This document shows positions 46,334 to 55,879 of a stretch of 64,000 bases of DNA, piece by piece. The translations under genes were made by a program, and so were the position numbers. Origin of the DNA: an uncultured Candidatus Poseidoniales archaeon (lineage in GTDB: Archaea > Thermoplasmatota > Poseidoniia > Poseidoniales > Poseidoniaceae); contig CACODE010000006.1 of assembly GCA_902625885.1 (NCBI GenBank), positions 8,729-72,728 of the forward strand, written 5' to 3'. Below the pieces are notes generated by a model. That model did not search any database. It saw nothing but the letters and a program-made list of their open reading frames with translations, and had not been told where the DNA came from. How positions within the stretch are numbered: the stretch's first letter is position 1; every line of letters starts with the position of its first letter.

Positions 46334-48358
46334 ATGGCCATGATTCAAGTCACGATGCCAGACGGCACGGTGAACGAATACGCAGCAGGAATCACCTGCA
46401 GCGAAGTGATCACCGACGCATTTGGCAAAAAACACGGGTGTTTGGCCGCTCGAGTTGACGGTGTGGAACGCGACCTAGCGACGGTGCTGAACAAACCATG
46501 CTCGTTGGATGGCATCAAAGCAGCGTCCGCAGAAGGCATGTACATTCTCAGGCATTCTGCCGCCCATCTTTTGGCTCAAGCCGTGATCTCGCTCTACCCA
46601 ACAGCGTTGCCCACCATCGGTCCACCCGTCGATCGAGGGTTCTACTACGACTTTGCGATGGAACCAATCACCCAAGGGGACCTCAAAGCGATCGAGAAAA
46701 AAATGCACGAGCTCGCCAGAAAAAATCTCGCTTTAGAGCGTATCGAACTTGACCAAACCAGCCTACGCGAACACTTTGAATCCAATCCTTACAAACTTGA
46801 AATCATCGATGACAAGCTCGAGGCGGGCGAAGGTTCAACGATTTACAAGCAGGGCGATTGGTACGATTTGTGCTTAGGGCCGCACGTTTCGAGCACGTCA
46901 AAACTGATGTTTGTCCGGTTGACGTCCGTTTCAACGGCCTACTGGCGGGGCGATCAGTCCAGAGAGCAACTGGTTCGCATTTATGGTTTGGTTGAACCGA
47001 CAAAAGACGCCCTCAAGGCCACCTTGGCTCGAATGGAGGAGGCAAAAAAGCGTGACCACAGAAAACTCGGCAAGGATTTGCAACTGTTCCACATCGACGA
47101 GGAAGTTGGCCAAGGCCTCATTCTCTGGACACCTCGCGGTGCGATAGTTCGTCAAGAACTTCAGGACTTTATTTCTCACCATCTCAGGAGGCAGGGGTAT
47201 TCACAAGTCTTTACGCCGCACATTGGGAAACTCGACCTCTACCGAACCTCGGGCCATTTCCCCTACTACCAAGATTCCCAATACCCGCCACTGGTTGAAA
47301 GAGACCTGATGAACAAGCTGGCCGATGAAGGGTGCAGTTGCGGTGATTTGTCGAACATGATGAAATCGGGAGAAATTGACGGCTACATGCTCAAACCGAT
47401 GAATTGCCCTCACCACGTCAAGATTTACGCAAGCCAGGCTCGCTCCTATCGGAACCTTCCCTTGAGGTTGGCCGAATTTGGCACCGTCTACCGCTGGGAA
47501 CAATCGGGTGAAATCTCTGGAATGACTCGAGTCCGTGGCTTCACTCAAGACGATGCACACCTCTTCGTCACCGAAGACCAACTGGCCGATGAGGTGCTCG
47601 GATGCATTGAACTCGTCCAGATCATCTTTGACAAGCTTGGGATGGAAGACTACCGCGTTCGAGTGGGGCTGCGAGACCCCGATTCATCGAAGTACGTGGG
47701 CGATCCAATTCGGTGGGACAAAGCCGAGGATGCCTGTCGTGCTGCGGCGCAATCGCTCGGTGTTGAGTGGTCGGAGGAAGAGGGCGAAGCCGCCTTCTAC
47801 GGTCCGAAAATTGACTTCGTCGTGAAGGACGTGATCGGCCGAGAGTGGCAACTGGGAACCGTTCAAGTCGACTACAACCTTCCCGAGCGCTTTGATTTGA
47901 CCTACAAAGGAAGCGACGGCGTCCTCCACCGACCCGTCATGATTCACCGTGCACCGTTCGGCTCGATGGAGCGTTTTTGCGGCGTCCTTATCGAACACTT
48001 TGGTGGGCGATTCCCAACATGGTTGACCCCAACACAATGCCACGTTATCACCATCCGTGAAGAGCACAAGGCCTACGCTGGCCAAGTGGCCGAGGCCCTC
48101 AAAGAGGCCGGCGTGAGGGTTGAAGTGGATGACTCGGACAACAACATCATGAAGAAAATCCGAAACCATCGTAAACTCCAACCCGCCTACCTCGTCATCC
48201 TTGGCGACGAGGAGGCGCAGAGCAACACTGTGAGCCTACGAGCCAGAAACGGCGACCAGGTTGCCGGTGTGCCTCTGCAAGATTTCATTGCGGACTTGAG
48301 CAACGAAATTGAACAAAAAACCCCCGTCCCCTCGCTTGTTCCGAGTCCTTCCGAGTGA
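46334..48358 (+). CDS. thrS: threonyl-tRNA synthetase (bacterial-type N1/TGS + N2 editing architecture)
   Basis: It has a TGS-like N-terminus (IQVTMPDGTVNEY), the editing-domain motifs RHSAAHLL and DLCLGPHV, the class II core (YRWEQSGEISGMTRVRGFTQDDAHLF) and an anticodon-binding C-terminus. Confidence 0.95.
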   Translation: MAMIQVTMPDGTVNEYAAGITCSEVITDAFGKKHGCLAARVDGVERDLATVLNKPCSLDGIKAASAEGMYILRHSAAHLLAQAVISLYPTALPTIGPPVDRGFYYDFAMEPITQGDLKAIEKKMHELARKNLALERIELDQTSLREHFESNPYKLEIIDDKLEAGEGSTIYKQGDWYDLCLGPHVSSTSKLMFVRLTSVSTAYWRGDQSREQLVRIYGLVEPTKDALKATLARMEEAKKRDHRKLGKDLQLFHIDEEVGQGLILWTPRGAIVRQELQDFISHHLRRQGYSQVFTPHIGKLDLYRTSGHFPYYQDSQYPPLVERDLMNKLADEGCSCGDLSNMMKSGEIDGYMLKPMNCPHHVKIYASQARSYRNLPLRLAEFGTVYRWEQSGEISGMTRVRGFTQDDAHLFVTEDQLADEVLGCIELVQIIFDKLGMEDYRVRVGLRDPDSSKYVGDPIRWDKAEDACRAAAQSLGVEWSEEEGEAAFYGPKIDFVVKDVIGREWQLGTVQVDYNLPERFDLTYKGSDGVLHRPVMIHRAPFGSMERFCGVLIEHFGGRFPTWLTPTQCHVITIREEHKAYAGQVAEALKEAGVRVEVDDSDNNIMKKIRNHRKLQPAYLVILGDEEAQSNTVSLRARNGDQVAGVPLQDFIADLSNEIEQKTPVPSLVPSPSE

Positions 48359-48364
48359 TACGCT

Positions 48365-50893
48365 ATGACAACACCGACCATCATCCAAGGGTTTTCCTGG
48401 AACATGGCGGGACCGCTGCTTTTTGCATCCTTAGCGGCTTGGTTTTTCTGGCGAAACATCGTGCCGCGGCAGTTGAGAGGCTTGCAGGTTGCCTTTCAAA
48501 CGGGGGAGAAAAAATACGAAGTCCACCGCGTCACGGACTCGGTCGAAGACGTGCGAAAACTCCTGACGAGAGAGGGTACGCGGCTTGGTGTCGTTTCGTA
48601 TTTGATGGCCCTGACGGGAAGCCTTGTCCTCCTGTTTGAATTCATCAATTTCCGGACAGGAGTCACGGTGGGTTACCACGCTCCGTCGGTGGCTTTTGCG
48701 CTGGTGCTCATCGCCGTTCCGGCGGTTGTGTCAAGCGGGACTTCGCTTGGCGCACAAGTCATCAAACCGCACGGTGTGAGTCGAGCCTCGCTTCAAAGTA
48801 ACTCAAACCTCCGAAACGCCTCGTACTTTGCCCTCACCATGGCGTGGATGTTACTGGCGTTCGGTGTCGGAATGGTGCTGGAAGCGGCCGCGTTCTCACC
48901 AACCATGCGGTACAGCACCATGGCGCTGGTGGCGTTCAGTCCTGCCGTGCTCGCTTACGGTCGTATTCTGGGTTCCTCGTGGCACGCCTTGAAGCAGTCC
49001 TCTTCCCAAATAGCAAAAGGCGGCGCATCGCCGTTTCACAACCATCTGCCAAATGCTCGTCAACAATTCATCGCTCAAGTGGTTCATTTCAACCTTATCG
49101 TGATGCCTTTTGTGGCGTTCAACACGCTCGTTTCGTTGATGTTGCTGATCTACAACCCCGACCTGTTCGTTCATTCGGACCGGGTGGTCAACCTGCCGGA
49201 ATATCGAGTGCAGTCCACGTACATGGAAGAGGGAGGTGTCCTTGGTTTTGCACTCATTGAGCTGTTCTCTTTCATACCTCAGGCCGGCATTCGCGTTCCC
49301 ATCGTGACGACGTTGCTGTTGTTCTTGCTCTTGAACGTCGCAGCGATCGGTTTCCTGTTCGTTTACGAAGTCGCCCGAATTCTCTTTTTGGACATTCAGG
49401 ATGTGTCGGGTCGCGGCGGAATCCGTCTTGCCGACAGCCGTTTGCTGCGCGCTGAGCCCATCCAGCAAGCGAACGTCCTGAATTTCTGTTTCACCGGTTT
49501 TGCCGGCCAGTCGATGCTGCTGCTCGCCCTTGCGATGATCACGTTTTGGGATTCAAGTTTCCTGCCACAGGGAACCGGTTGCGGTTCATGGGAAGGGAAC
49601 GTTTGTAACGTTTTGGAAAAAGACATGCTGGAGCAGTTGACGTGGATGTTGGCCGCCGGTGGACAAGTGGCCTTCCTGTTGGTGTGGGCCTTGTCCAGAA
49701 AACGCTCCACAACCCTCAGCGAGATCACTTTTGACGCTTCAATGGACGAGGACCGCACCCGTTTACGCGGCATGAGTGACATGATTTACCTCAAACAGCG
49801 GTCAACCAGCGTGCTGCTTGGCAACGACGATTGGACCACTGCCATAGAACGGTTTGAATCGTCCACACAGGGACGTGAAGCGATGCTTGTTGGCTTGGAT
49901 ATGATCCGTTCCACCAAAGCCAAAATGCTGCTCTACACCGGACTCGGGCGCTGGGACGAAGCCGAAGAATTGGCGGTTGACTTGCTGGCTCTGCAGGGCG
50001 GGAGGGACGCTCAAATTTCGCGCTTGGTCCTGTGTGCGGCGAGCCTTGCGCAACGCGACTACAGGGAAGCCGTCCCACGATTGGCATTGCTGGACAACAG
50101 CGATATTGAGGCCGTTCGCCTCCGTTGGGTCGCCAGCGTGCTGACTGGACAGCACCACTTGGACAAGGAAGCCAAATCCATGCTCAGTGTTGACCCGCTT
50201 CGCAAGGACAACATCCGAATGCTGGAGCAATTTGATGGGGAGGGGACGGTCTTAAGAAAAACGCCCATAAAACAACCATCTCAGCGATCGATGTACCTTT
50301 CAGAAATCGCTCGGATGAGGTTGACCGGACAAAGCGAAGAGGCCCTCAACCATCTCGAGCGCCAGCTGGCAGCGCTTGACGAAGGTGCATGGCCTCATGG
50401 CCAGTTGGTGGCCGCTTTACTCAACCTTGACGATGGGAGAACGCTGACCGCCGTTAGCGCCATCAAGAAGCTGTCAAAACAACACCCGCGTCATCCGCAC
50501 ATCCGCGCCGTTATGCACCAGCTGGCGGGCATGGGCCAGGCGAAACGACCGGCCTCTGAGCCAACCAGGATTCAATGGCTGCTGGAAGGGGAAACCGATT
50601 GGAAGCAGGCTTGGGGGCAACACAACGTCGCGCCTCCACCCACGCTTGAAAACACAAGTCTGCGGGAACACGCCATGAACGCCAACGCTTGGATGCTGCT
50701 TTTGAGCGAGGAAGGTACGAACCAGCGAGCGGCAAAGAAGGCGATGAAAAGCTTGGTCGATGAGGTACCTGTGGGGTTGTTTACCCACTTAACCGGCCTC
50801 ACCATCACAATAGGTGGCATGCCCGTTGATTTGGGCCTCCCGGCAAACATCAACCTCAACGCTGCTCGAAAACACGGTCTGCTCGACCGGTGA
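48365..50893 (+). CDS. hypothetical polytopic membrane protein with C-terminal helical-repeat (TPR-like) domain
   Basis: 842 aa, starting 7 nt after the thrS stop. The N-terminal ~430 aa contain about 10 hydrophobic helices. The C-terminal ~400 aa are alpha-helical repeat-like (A/L/E-rich). No family recognised. Confidence 0.5.
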   Translation: MTTPTIIQGFSWNMAGPLLFASLAAWFFWRNIVPRQLRGLQVAFQTGEKKYEVHRVTDSVEDVRKLLTREGTRLGVVSYLMALTGSLVLLFEFINFRTGVTVGYHAPSVAFALVLIAVPAVVSSGTSLGAQVIKPHGVSRASLQSNSNLRNASYFALTMAWMLLAFGVGMVLEAAAFSPTMRYSTMALVAFSPAVLAYGRILGSSWHALKQSSSQIAKGGASPFHNHLPNARQQFIAQVVHFNLIVMPFVAFNTLVSLMLLIYNPDLFVHSDRVVNLPEYRVQSTYMEEGGVLGFALIELFSFIPQAGIRVPIVTTLLLFLLLNVAAIGFLFVYEVARILFLDIQDVSGRGGIRLADSRLLRAEPIQQANVLNFCFTGFAGQSMLLLALAMITFWDSSFLPQGTGCGSWEGNVCNVLEKDMLEQLTWMLAAGGQVAFLLVWALSRKRSTTLSEITFDASMDEDRTRLRGMSDMIYLKQRSTSVLLGNDDWTTAIERFESSTQGREAMLVGLDMIRSTKAKMLLYTGLGRWDEAEELAVDLLALQGGRDAQISRLVLCAASLAQRDYREAVPRLALLDNSDIEAVRLRWVASVLTGQHHLDKEAKSMLSVDPLRKDNIRMLEQFDGEGTVLRKTPIKQPSQRSMYLSEIARMRLTGQSEEALNHLERQLAALDEGAWPHGQLVAALLNLDDGRTLTAVSAIKKLSKQHPRHPHIRAVMHQLAGMGQAKRPASEPTRIQWLLEGETDWKQAWGQHNVAPPPTLENTSLREHAMNANAWMLLLSEEGTNQRAAKKAMKSLVDEVPVGLFTHLTGLTITIGGMPVDLGLPANINLNAARKHGLLDR

Positions 50894-52678
50894 TTACACC
50901 CGTCTTCGCAACCGCTCCATCGCTGCATCGGCTGCGCCCAATGCCTCGAGAGCCTCAGAAACCCGACCTTTTTCAAGACAACTTGCCGCTTCAGCCACCG
51001 CTTCCTCACAAGCCCGTCTGTCCTCATCGATAGCTTTGATTTGAACTGCTTCGCATTGATTGCGCAAAACACTCCATTGCTCGCTGACGAAATCGTAGAG
51101 TTCGTTCGCTTCTTCTGCGGCGTGGTTTTCCCGATCCAGAGCGGCAAGCAATTGCTCAAGCAGCATGCCGGCATGCGACCAAACTTTGTCGTCGGCCGCT
51201 TGAATGATTTCTGCGAGCTTGGCCTCCCATGCCTCGCTGTCGTCCCTGGATGCAAACCTCTCTCGAAGTTTTTTCTTCTGCTTGAGGGCACGGAGCACAT
51301 CGTCCATGGCCGCTCGCTCGCGCTCAACCGTTCGAACTACACCGTCCGCCAGACCGATGCACTGGCTGGCATTGCCAAGCGCCAATGCCTCATTGGCTTG
51401 GTTCAGACGGTCCTGCATTTCTGTCGTGTCCAGGCCATCGCTCTGTTCCACGGTCCGAATCGCTTCATTAAGCGAGTTCTTGGCACGTGCGAGGGCTTCA
51501 TCATCCGCTTCAAGCTGCGAAGGTATGGTCATCGCAAATTCGAACGCCTCCTTAGGCCTCTCCTTCGCTAAGCTGGCTTTGGCATCAGCAAGAAGTTCCC
51601 GGAGATGGTTGATGCCATCGCCCTCCTTACCGTCCATGGCGCTGGTCGCTTCAGCGATGGCGGCCTCGGCCTTTTGCCACCACTGGATGACTTCATTCGC
51701 TCGTTGTTTGGCTTGCCGAAAGAGTTGCTCACCCTCCCGTAAAGAACCAAGTTTGACCTCCCTCTCTCCCATCTCGTACGCTTTTCTCGGCCGCTTCACC
51801 ACGGGAGCGATGTCCTCCGCTCGCTCAACATGCGACAGCGCTTCTTTTCCGATCACCTCAACATCGCCTGCGAACGAAATCGCACGTTCCATGTCCTCCT
51901 CACTCTCGTCCAACAACCGCATGCCGTACACGGGGTCAACATGCCCTTCCTCCTTGGCCGTGGTCAGCAGGCTTGCGGCCTGGGCGACTGCTGCACCTTG
52001 GGATTTTAACTCGAGCAGCCGGGTCTCAAGCCTGTCCAGACGTTTCCTGAATTGCTTTCTTTCGAGTTTTTGGTCGTCACCCACAGTCCATGAGTAAACG
52101 GTGTCGAACAAGGCTGCAGCGCAGACCGTAAAGGCCAGACCTCCTTCGAGGGTTGCCATCGGTTTGCCAGCGGTGAAGGTGAGCGCAAGGGCCGACATGG
52201 AACCAATGCCGGTGAGCACGGCTCGGTAGCGAAGAACACCAAAATTCCCTTGCATGGTCCGATGAGAGAGTTGACGACAAACGATACCGCTGGCGAAAAT
52301 CAGCACGCACCCAGCGTTGTTTAACTGACCATCGCCCAAGCCCAGAGCGGCGATGCAGAGCAACAGCGGCCATGCCACTGTGGTGGCCGACGCGACTCGA
52401 GATCTGGCCGAAGGGTCGTCTAAAGTCAAATCTTGGTTGAAAATACCCCAAATCAACAGAAGCAGAGGGGCGCCGAAGCTCGTCAGGACGACACCGTCGC
52501 CGTCGATGAGGGATTGAAGGGACGGTGCAGCTAGCCAAACGGCGCAAGCGAGCAACAAAAGCGACGCTATGAGAGTGGCGGTGTCCACCCTCTTGAGGCG
52601 GTTCGCCCGCTCGGCTTCAACGGCAGCATCTGCGTCCGCCCAAGTTACCATGGATGCCTGTCGGTGCTTTTCCTCCAT
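50894..52678 (-). CDS. hypothetical membrane protein with long cytoplasmic helical/coiled-coil domain
   Basis: About 6 N-terminal TM helices are followed by ~380 aa of E/A/L/R-rich helical sequence. The track start at 52684 is GTG, and the ATG at 52678 has an upstream GGAG. Its stop abuts the convergent 842-aa gene. Confidence 0.5.
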   Translation of the reverse strand: MEEKHRQASMVTWADADAAVEAERANRLKRVDTATLIASLLLLACAVWLAAPSLQSLIDGDGVVLTSFGAPLLLLIWGIFNQDLTLDDPSARSRVASATTVAWPLLLCIAALGLGDGQLNNAGCVLIFASGIVCRQLSHRTMQGNFGVLRYRAVLTGIGSMSALALTFTAGKPMATLEGGLAFTVCAAALFDTVYSWTVGDDQKLERKQFRKRLDRLETRLLELKSQGAAVAQAASLLTTAKEEGHVDPVYGMRLLDESEEDMERAISFAGDVEVIGKEALSHVERAEDIAPVVKRPRKAYEMGEREVKLGSLREGEQLFRQAKQRANEVIQWWQKAEAAIAEATSAMDGKEGDGINHLRELLADAKASLAKERPKEAFEFAMTIPSQLEADDEALARAKNSLNEAIRTVEQSDGLDTTEMQDRLNQANEALALGNASQCIGLADGVVRTVERERAAMDDVLRALKQKKKLRERFASRDDSEAWEAKLAEIIQAADDKVWSHAGMLLEQLLAALDRENHAAEEANELYDFVSEQWSVLRNQCEAVQIKAIDEDRRACEEAVAEAASCLEKGRVSEALEALGAADAAMERLRRRV

Positions 52679-52781
52679 AATCACTCCGATGTCTTGTCCG
52701 TTTTTGCTGGCTTAACCAACTCCACGTAGCGGCAAGGTTCATGGGTGTCATCGGCTTGTATTTCTATCACGAGGGAGTTGC

Positions 52782-53723
52782 ATGCCGGGACTCATAACAA
52801 TGGATGATTTATCCAACGATGAAATATTGAGCATTTTGGACGACGCAGAGCGATTGCTTCCGGTCGCAAAAGGGGAACTCTACCTCCCTCTTTTGCAAGG
52901 TAAAATTCTCGGAAACCTCTTCTTTGAGCCAAGCACTCGAACCCGAATGTCGTTTGAAACCGCCATGAAACGCCTTGGTGGCGATGTTGTCAACCTTGGC
53001 GACGTGAAGACCTCCTCTGTTGTGAAGGGGGAAACCCTGTTTGACACCATCCAAATGGTCGATGGTTACACCGACATCATTGCGATGAGGCACCCGCGTC
53101 AAGGGGCTGCGCAATATGCGCAAGACGCTGCTCGTGTGCCGATTCTGAACGGCGGAGACGGCGCTGGGCACCACCCCACGCAAACCATGCTCGACCTGTT
53201 CACAATTCGGCAATCCCACGGCCGACTTGATGGCTTGAAAGTCGTTCTGGCAGGCGACCTTCGCTACGGGAGAACCGTGCACTCCCTCAGTCATGCGCTC
53301 ACGAGATTTGGGTGCGAATTGATTTTTGCCAGCCCGGAGTTGTTGAAAATGCCACGCGAAATTGTGGAAGACTTGGGCGCTCATGGTGCCAAAGTGACCG
53401 AAACCGAGGATTTGCTCGGCTCCATCGGAACAGCCGACGTGGTCTACATGACCCGCATCCAAAAGGAACGATTCGCTGACGAAGACGAGTACGCCAAAGT
53501 GGCCGGCGCCTACAAGTTGCAAGCCGCCAACCTTGAGGGTTGCAAAGAGGGCATGATCATCATGCACCCTCTACCGAGGGTCGACGAGATTCACCCGTCG
53601 GTTGACGCGACACGCCATGCAAAATATTTCCAGCAGGCTTTCAACGGCGTCGTGGCCAGAATGGCCCTCCTGTGCAGGCTGTTGCACGTTGAGGTCCCTG
53701 CCAACATAGGAGGTGATGCTTGA
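52782..53723 (+). CDS. pyrB: aspartate carbamoyltransferase catalytic subunit
   Basis: FFEPSTRTRMSFE, HPTQTMLD and MHPLPRVDEI are the ATCase signatures. A GAGGGAG SD lies upstream of ATG 52782. Confidence 0.9.
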   Translation: MPGLITMDDLSNDEILSILDDAERLLPVAKGELYLPLLQGKILGNLFFEPSTRTRMSFETAMKRLGGDVVNLGDVKTSSVVKGETLFDTIQMVDGYTDIIAMRHPRQGAAQYAQDAARVPILNGGDGAGHHPTQTMLDLFTIRQSHGRLDGLKVVLAGDLRYGRTVHSLSHALTRFGCELIFASPELLKMPREIVEDLGAHGAKVTETEDLLGSIGTADVVYMTRIQKERFADEDEYAKVAGAYKLQAANLEGCKEGMIIMHPLPRVDEIHPSVDATRHAKYFQQAFNGVVARMALLCRLLHVEVPANIGGDA

Positions 53724-54199
53724 TGTCTCAAGAACACAACATGCGAAGGGTCACGGCCATCCAGAACGGGACCGTAATCGACCACATTCCCGCCGGCCAA
53801 GCCATGCGCGTCCTCGAAATGTTAGGCCTTGACAAGGGCACATCCGTGCCCGTATCGTTGGTAATGAACGTCCCTTCAATGAAAATGGGAACAAAAGACA
53901 TCATCAAAGTCGAGGACAGGGAACTCAACCAAGCCGAACTCAATCGCCTTGCCTTGGTCGCTCCAGACGCCCACGTCGCCATCATTCGGGCCTACAGCGT
54001 CGCCGAAAAACTGACGATTGAACTCGGCGATGAAATCGTCAACGTTGTGAGGTGCACGTTCTCAAATTGCATCACCATCAACCCTCGAGAACCGCTGGCG
54101 CATAGGCTGCGCGTTCTCAGCCGTGTACCGCTGGACCTGCGGTGCCATTACTGCGGCCGCCCGCAAGATCCGGATGAACTCGTGGCGAACGTCATCTAA
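53723..54199 (+). CDS. pyrI: aspartate carbamoyltransferase regulatory subunit
   Basis: VTAIQNGTVIDHIPAGQA and the C-terminal zinc domain (VRCTFSNC...LRCHYCGRP) are present. The ATG at 53723 overlaps the pyrB stop (TGATG). Confidence 0.85.
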   Translation: MSQEHNMRRVTAIQNGTVIDHIPAGQAMRVLEMLGLDKGTSVPVSLVMNVPSMKMGTKDIIKVEDRELNQAELNRLALVAPDAHVAIIRAYSVAEKLTIELGDEIVNVVRCTFSNCITINPREPLAHRLRVLSRVPLDLRCHYCGRPQDPDELVANVI

Positions 54200-55206
54200 T
54201 CGTCATCAACACCGAGCAAGTCCCGCATGTCGCACGCCTTGCATTGAGATCCCGAACTCGGACTTCCGCAGCGTGGACAAGGCGTGGGCGGAGCAGGGCG
54301 CGATTCATTGCCTCCTAGTTTGACGATTTGGTCCCGCAACCCTTTGATTTGGTCGGCCATCCGCACCAGTCCATGCCGTGTTCCGGGTACATCTGCCTCC
54401 ATCAACGCAACCATTTCCCTGTGGCGCCAACGCAAAGCGCCTCTTGCATTGGGGCATTCCTCGTGGTGCATGGGAAGCTCGCGATGAAGGGCGTAAAGAT
54501 GCACTTCTTGTTCAGGGACCCAGCGCAGGGGGACAATTCTGGGAGAAAGCCCGTCGACAGGTGTCGCTGTGTGGGGAGCCAAACGAAGCGTGCGTTCGAT
54601 GTCGGCGTTGGCCATGTTCATCAACACGGTTTGGGCCATGTCGTCCAAATTGTGCCCCAACGCGATGACATCCGCCCCGACCTTTTCTGCGAGGTAATTA
54701 ATGCCCTGGCGCCGAAACACGCCGCAGTAAGAACACGCCATGCGTGGTGCATCGTTGTCTTTCTTGATTATTTGAGGAAGGCGTTGAACCACCTCATCGA
54801 TTTCAACAAACGACAACTCCGGGTACGTGACGACGTGATGCTCCACGCCCAACCGTTCGCAAAGCGATGCGGCGCAATCGATGGATGGGGGGCGATAACC
54901 CTCGATGCCCTCATCCACAGTGCCCGCAACGACGGTCACGTCCCTCCGCTTACCGATCAAGTCCACGATAGCATCCAGGAGAACCGCCGAGTCTTTGCCC
55001 CCAGAAACAGCCACAAGAACCGTTGTGTGCCGGTCTTTGTTCAGCGGTAGCTGTGCTCGCAATTCCTTGCTGATTTTCTTTCGGACGGATTTGGCCAAGT
55101 GTTTCCCGCACAAAATCCGGCCGGAATAGGCTTGTTCAACCACGGCCGGTTTTCCGCAAGAATCGCACGAAGGTACCGTGAACAGTTCCTTGGCGTCGGC
55201 CCCCAT
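54196..55206 (-). CDS. tRNA 2-thiolation PP-loop ATPase (TtuA/Ncs6/TtcA family)
   Basis: It has the PP-loop VLVAVSGGKDSAVLL, the blocks CSYCGVFRR and ALGHNLDD, and N- and C-terminal CxxC zinc fingers (CDSCGKP...CGKH; CPRCGSP...CKAC). Confidence 0.75.
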   Translation of the reverse strand: MGADAKELFTVPSCDSCGKPAVVEQAYSGRILCGKHLAKSVRKKISKELRAQLPLNKDRHTTVLVAVSGGKDSAVLLDAIVDLIGKRRDVTVVAGTVDEGIEGYRPPSIDCAASLCERLGVEHHVVTYPELSFVEIDEVVQRLPQIIKKDNDAPRMACSYCGVFRRQGINYLAEKVGADVIALGHNLDDMAQTVLMNMANADIERTLRLAPHTATPVDGLSPRIVPLRWVPEQEVHLYALHRELPMHHEECPNARGALRWRHREMVALMEADVPGTRHGLVRMADQIKGLRDQIVKLGGNESRPAPPTPCPRCGSPSSGSQCKACDMRDLLGVDDD

Positions 55207-55279
55207 GACCGTGCCTCATCGGATGTCATGTTTCAAATCAGCGGCCACCCGGTTGATAAGGACCCTGATTGTGAACAGT

Positions 55280-55317
55280 ATTTTCCAATTAAAAATTCAA
55301 ATACGCAATTGGAAAAT
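55280..55317. promoter_or_regulatory. perfect 11-bp inverted repeat with 16-nt spacer
   Basis: ATTTTCCAATT (55280-55290) and AATTGGAAAAT (55307-55317) are exact reverse complements. They lie in the 321-nt AT-rich gap between the divergent ttuA-like gene and the Roadblock operon. Confidence 0.5.
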
Positions 55318-55423
55318 TTTGATGATAAAGCGCCGAGCCGAGCAGAAAAGAACCTTCCATAGATGCCGTAATTCACGGCACCGCAGGCGAGTTGGCCGAC
55401 GCCGGGCATTGCAGAAAAATATG

Positions 55424-55439
55424 TTTTCCAGTTGGAAAA
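55424..55439. promoter_or_regulatory. palindrome TTTTCCA-GT-TGGAAAA (operator-like)
   Basis: 7+7 nt palindromic half-sites identical to the arms of the upstream inverted repeat. It sits immediately 3' of an AAAAATAT TATA-like patch and about 90 nt upstream of the Roadblock ATG. Confidence 0.45.
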
Positions 55440-55527
55440 TAAGAAAAGGTCCCCAAATCGTCAAAAAAGGGCGTCTGGGCGCAAAACTTCTTGAAGGCTA
55501 CGGCGGTGTCAGCAAGATTGAGCAGCC

Positions 55528-55869
55528 ATGTTGCAACACCTCTTGAGTGAATTTCTCAACGTGGAGGGAGTTGAACAAGCCATCATGGTGGACGACCGTG
55601 GTCGGCTCCTATCGAGCGTCGGCCACGAGGGGATGTTGCCGAAAACAGACCGGGTTGTGGAACTCGCTGTGGCCGCTCTGGAGGCGACTCAAGGTCGCTG
55701 TGACGGCGATCTTCAGGAGGTTTGGATAGAAGGTGAACAATCCACCCTTCTCGACATCCTCACGCCGTATCGAATCGTTATGCTCTCCGGTAAAAGAAGC
55801 AACATCGCACGCTGGAGGCACTCGATGGACCACTTGCGACAACAGCTTGCAACAACCCAAGAAATGTAG
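55528..55869 (+). CDS. Roadblock/LC7 (MglB-like) domain protein
   Basis: 113 aa. LNVEGVEQAIMVDDRGRLLSSVGHEG...AVAALEA...EVWIEGEQSTLLDILTPYRIVMLSG follows the Roadblock/LC7 alpha-beta-alpha pattern, by-eye recognition only. Confidence 0.6.
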   Translation: MLQHLLSEFLNVEGVEQAIMVDDRGRLLSSVGHEGMLPKTDRVVELAVAALEATQGRCDGDLQEVWIEGEQSTLLDILTPYRIVMLSGKRSNIARWRHSMDHLRQQLATTQEM

Positions 55870-55879
55870 GTGAACACAC

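Noticed and set aside
55318-55345. C/D-box sRNA-like TGATGA (55320-55325) in the long intergenic region
   Set aside because: The residue before TGATGA is U rather than R. Only a degenerate CCGA lies at the D' position. No C' box or terminal CUGA D box occurs at the expected spacing.
55178-55546. 122-aa ORF spanning the 55.2-55.5 kb intergenic region
   Set aside because: Its translation is extremely basic and low-complexity (RRRVGRRR...). It overlaps the ttuA-like start and the Roadblock start, and it is built over the AT-rich palindromic region. It is more likely non-coding regulatory DNA.
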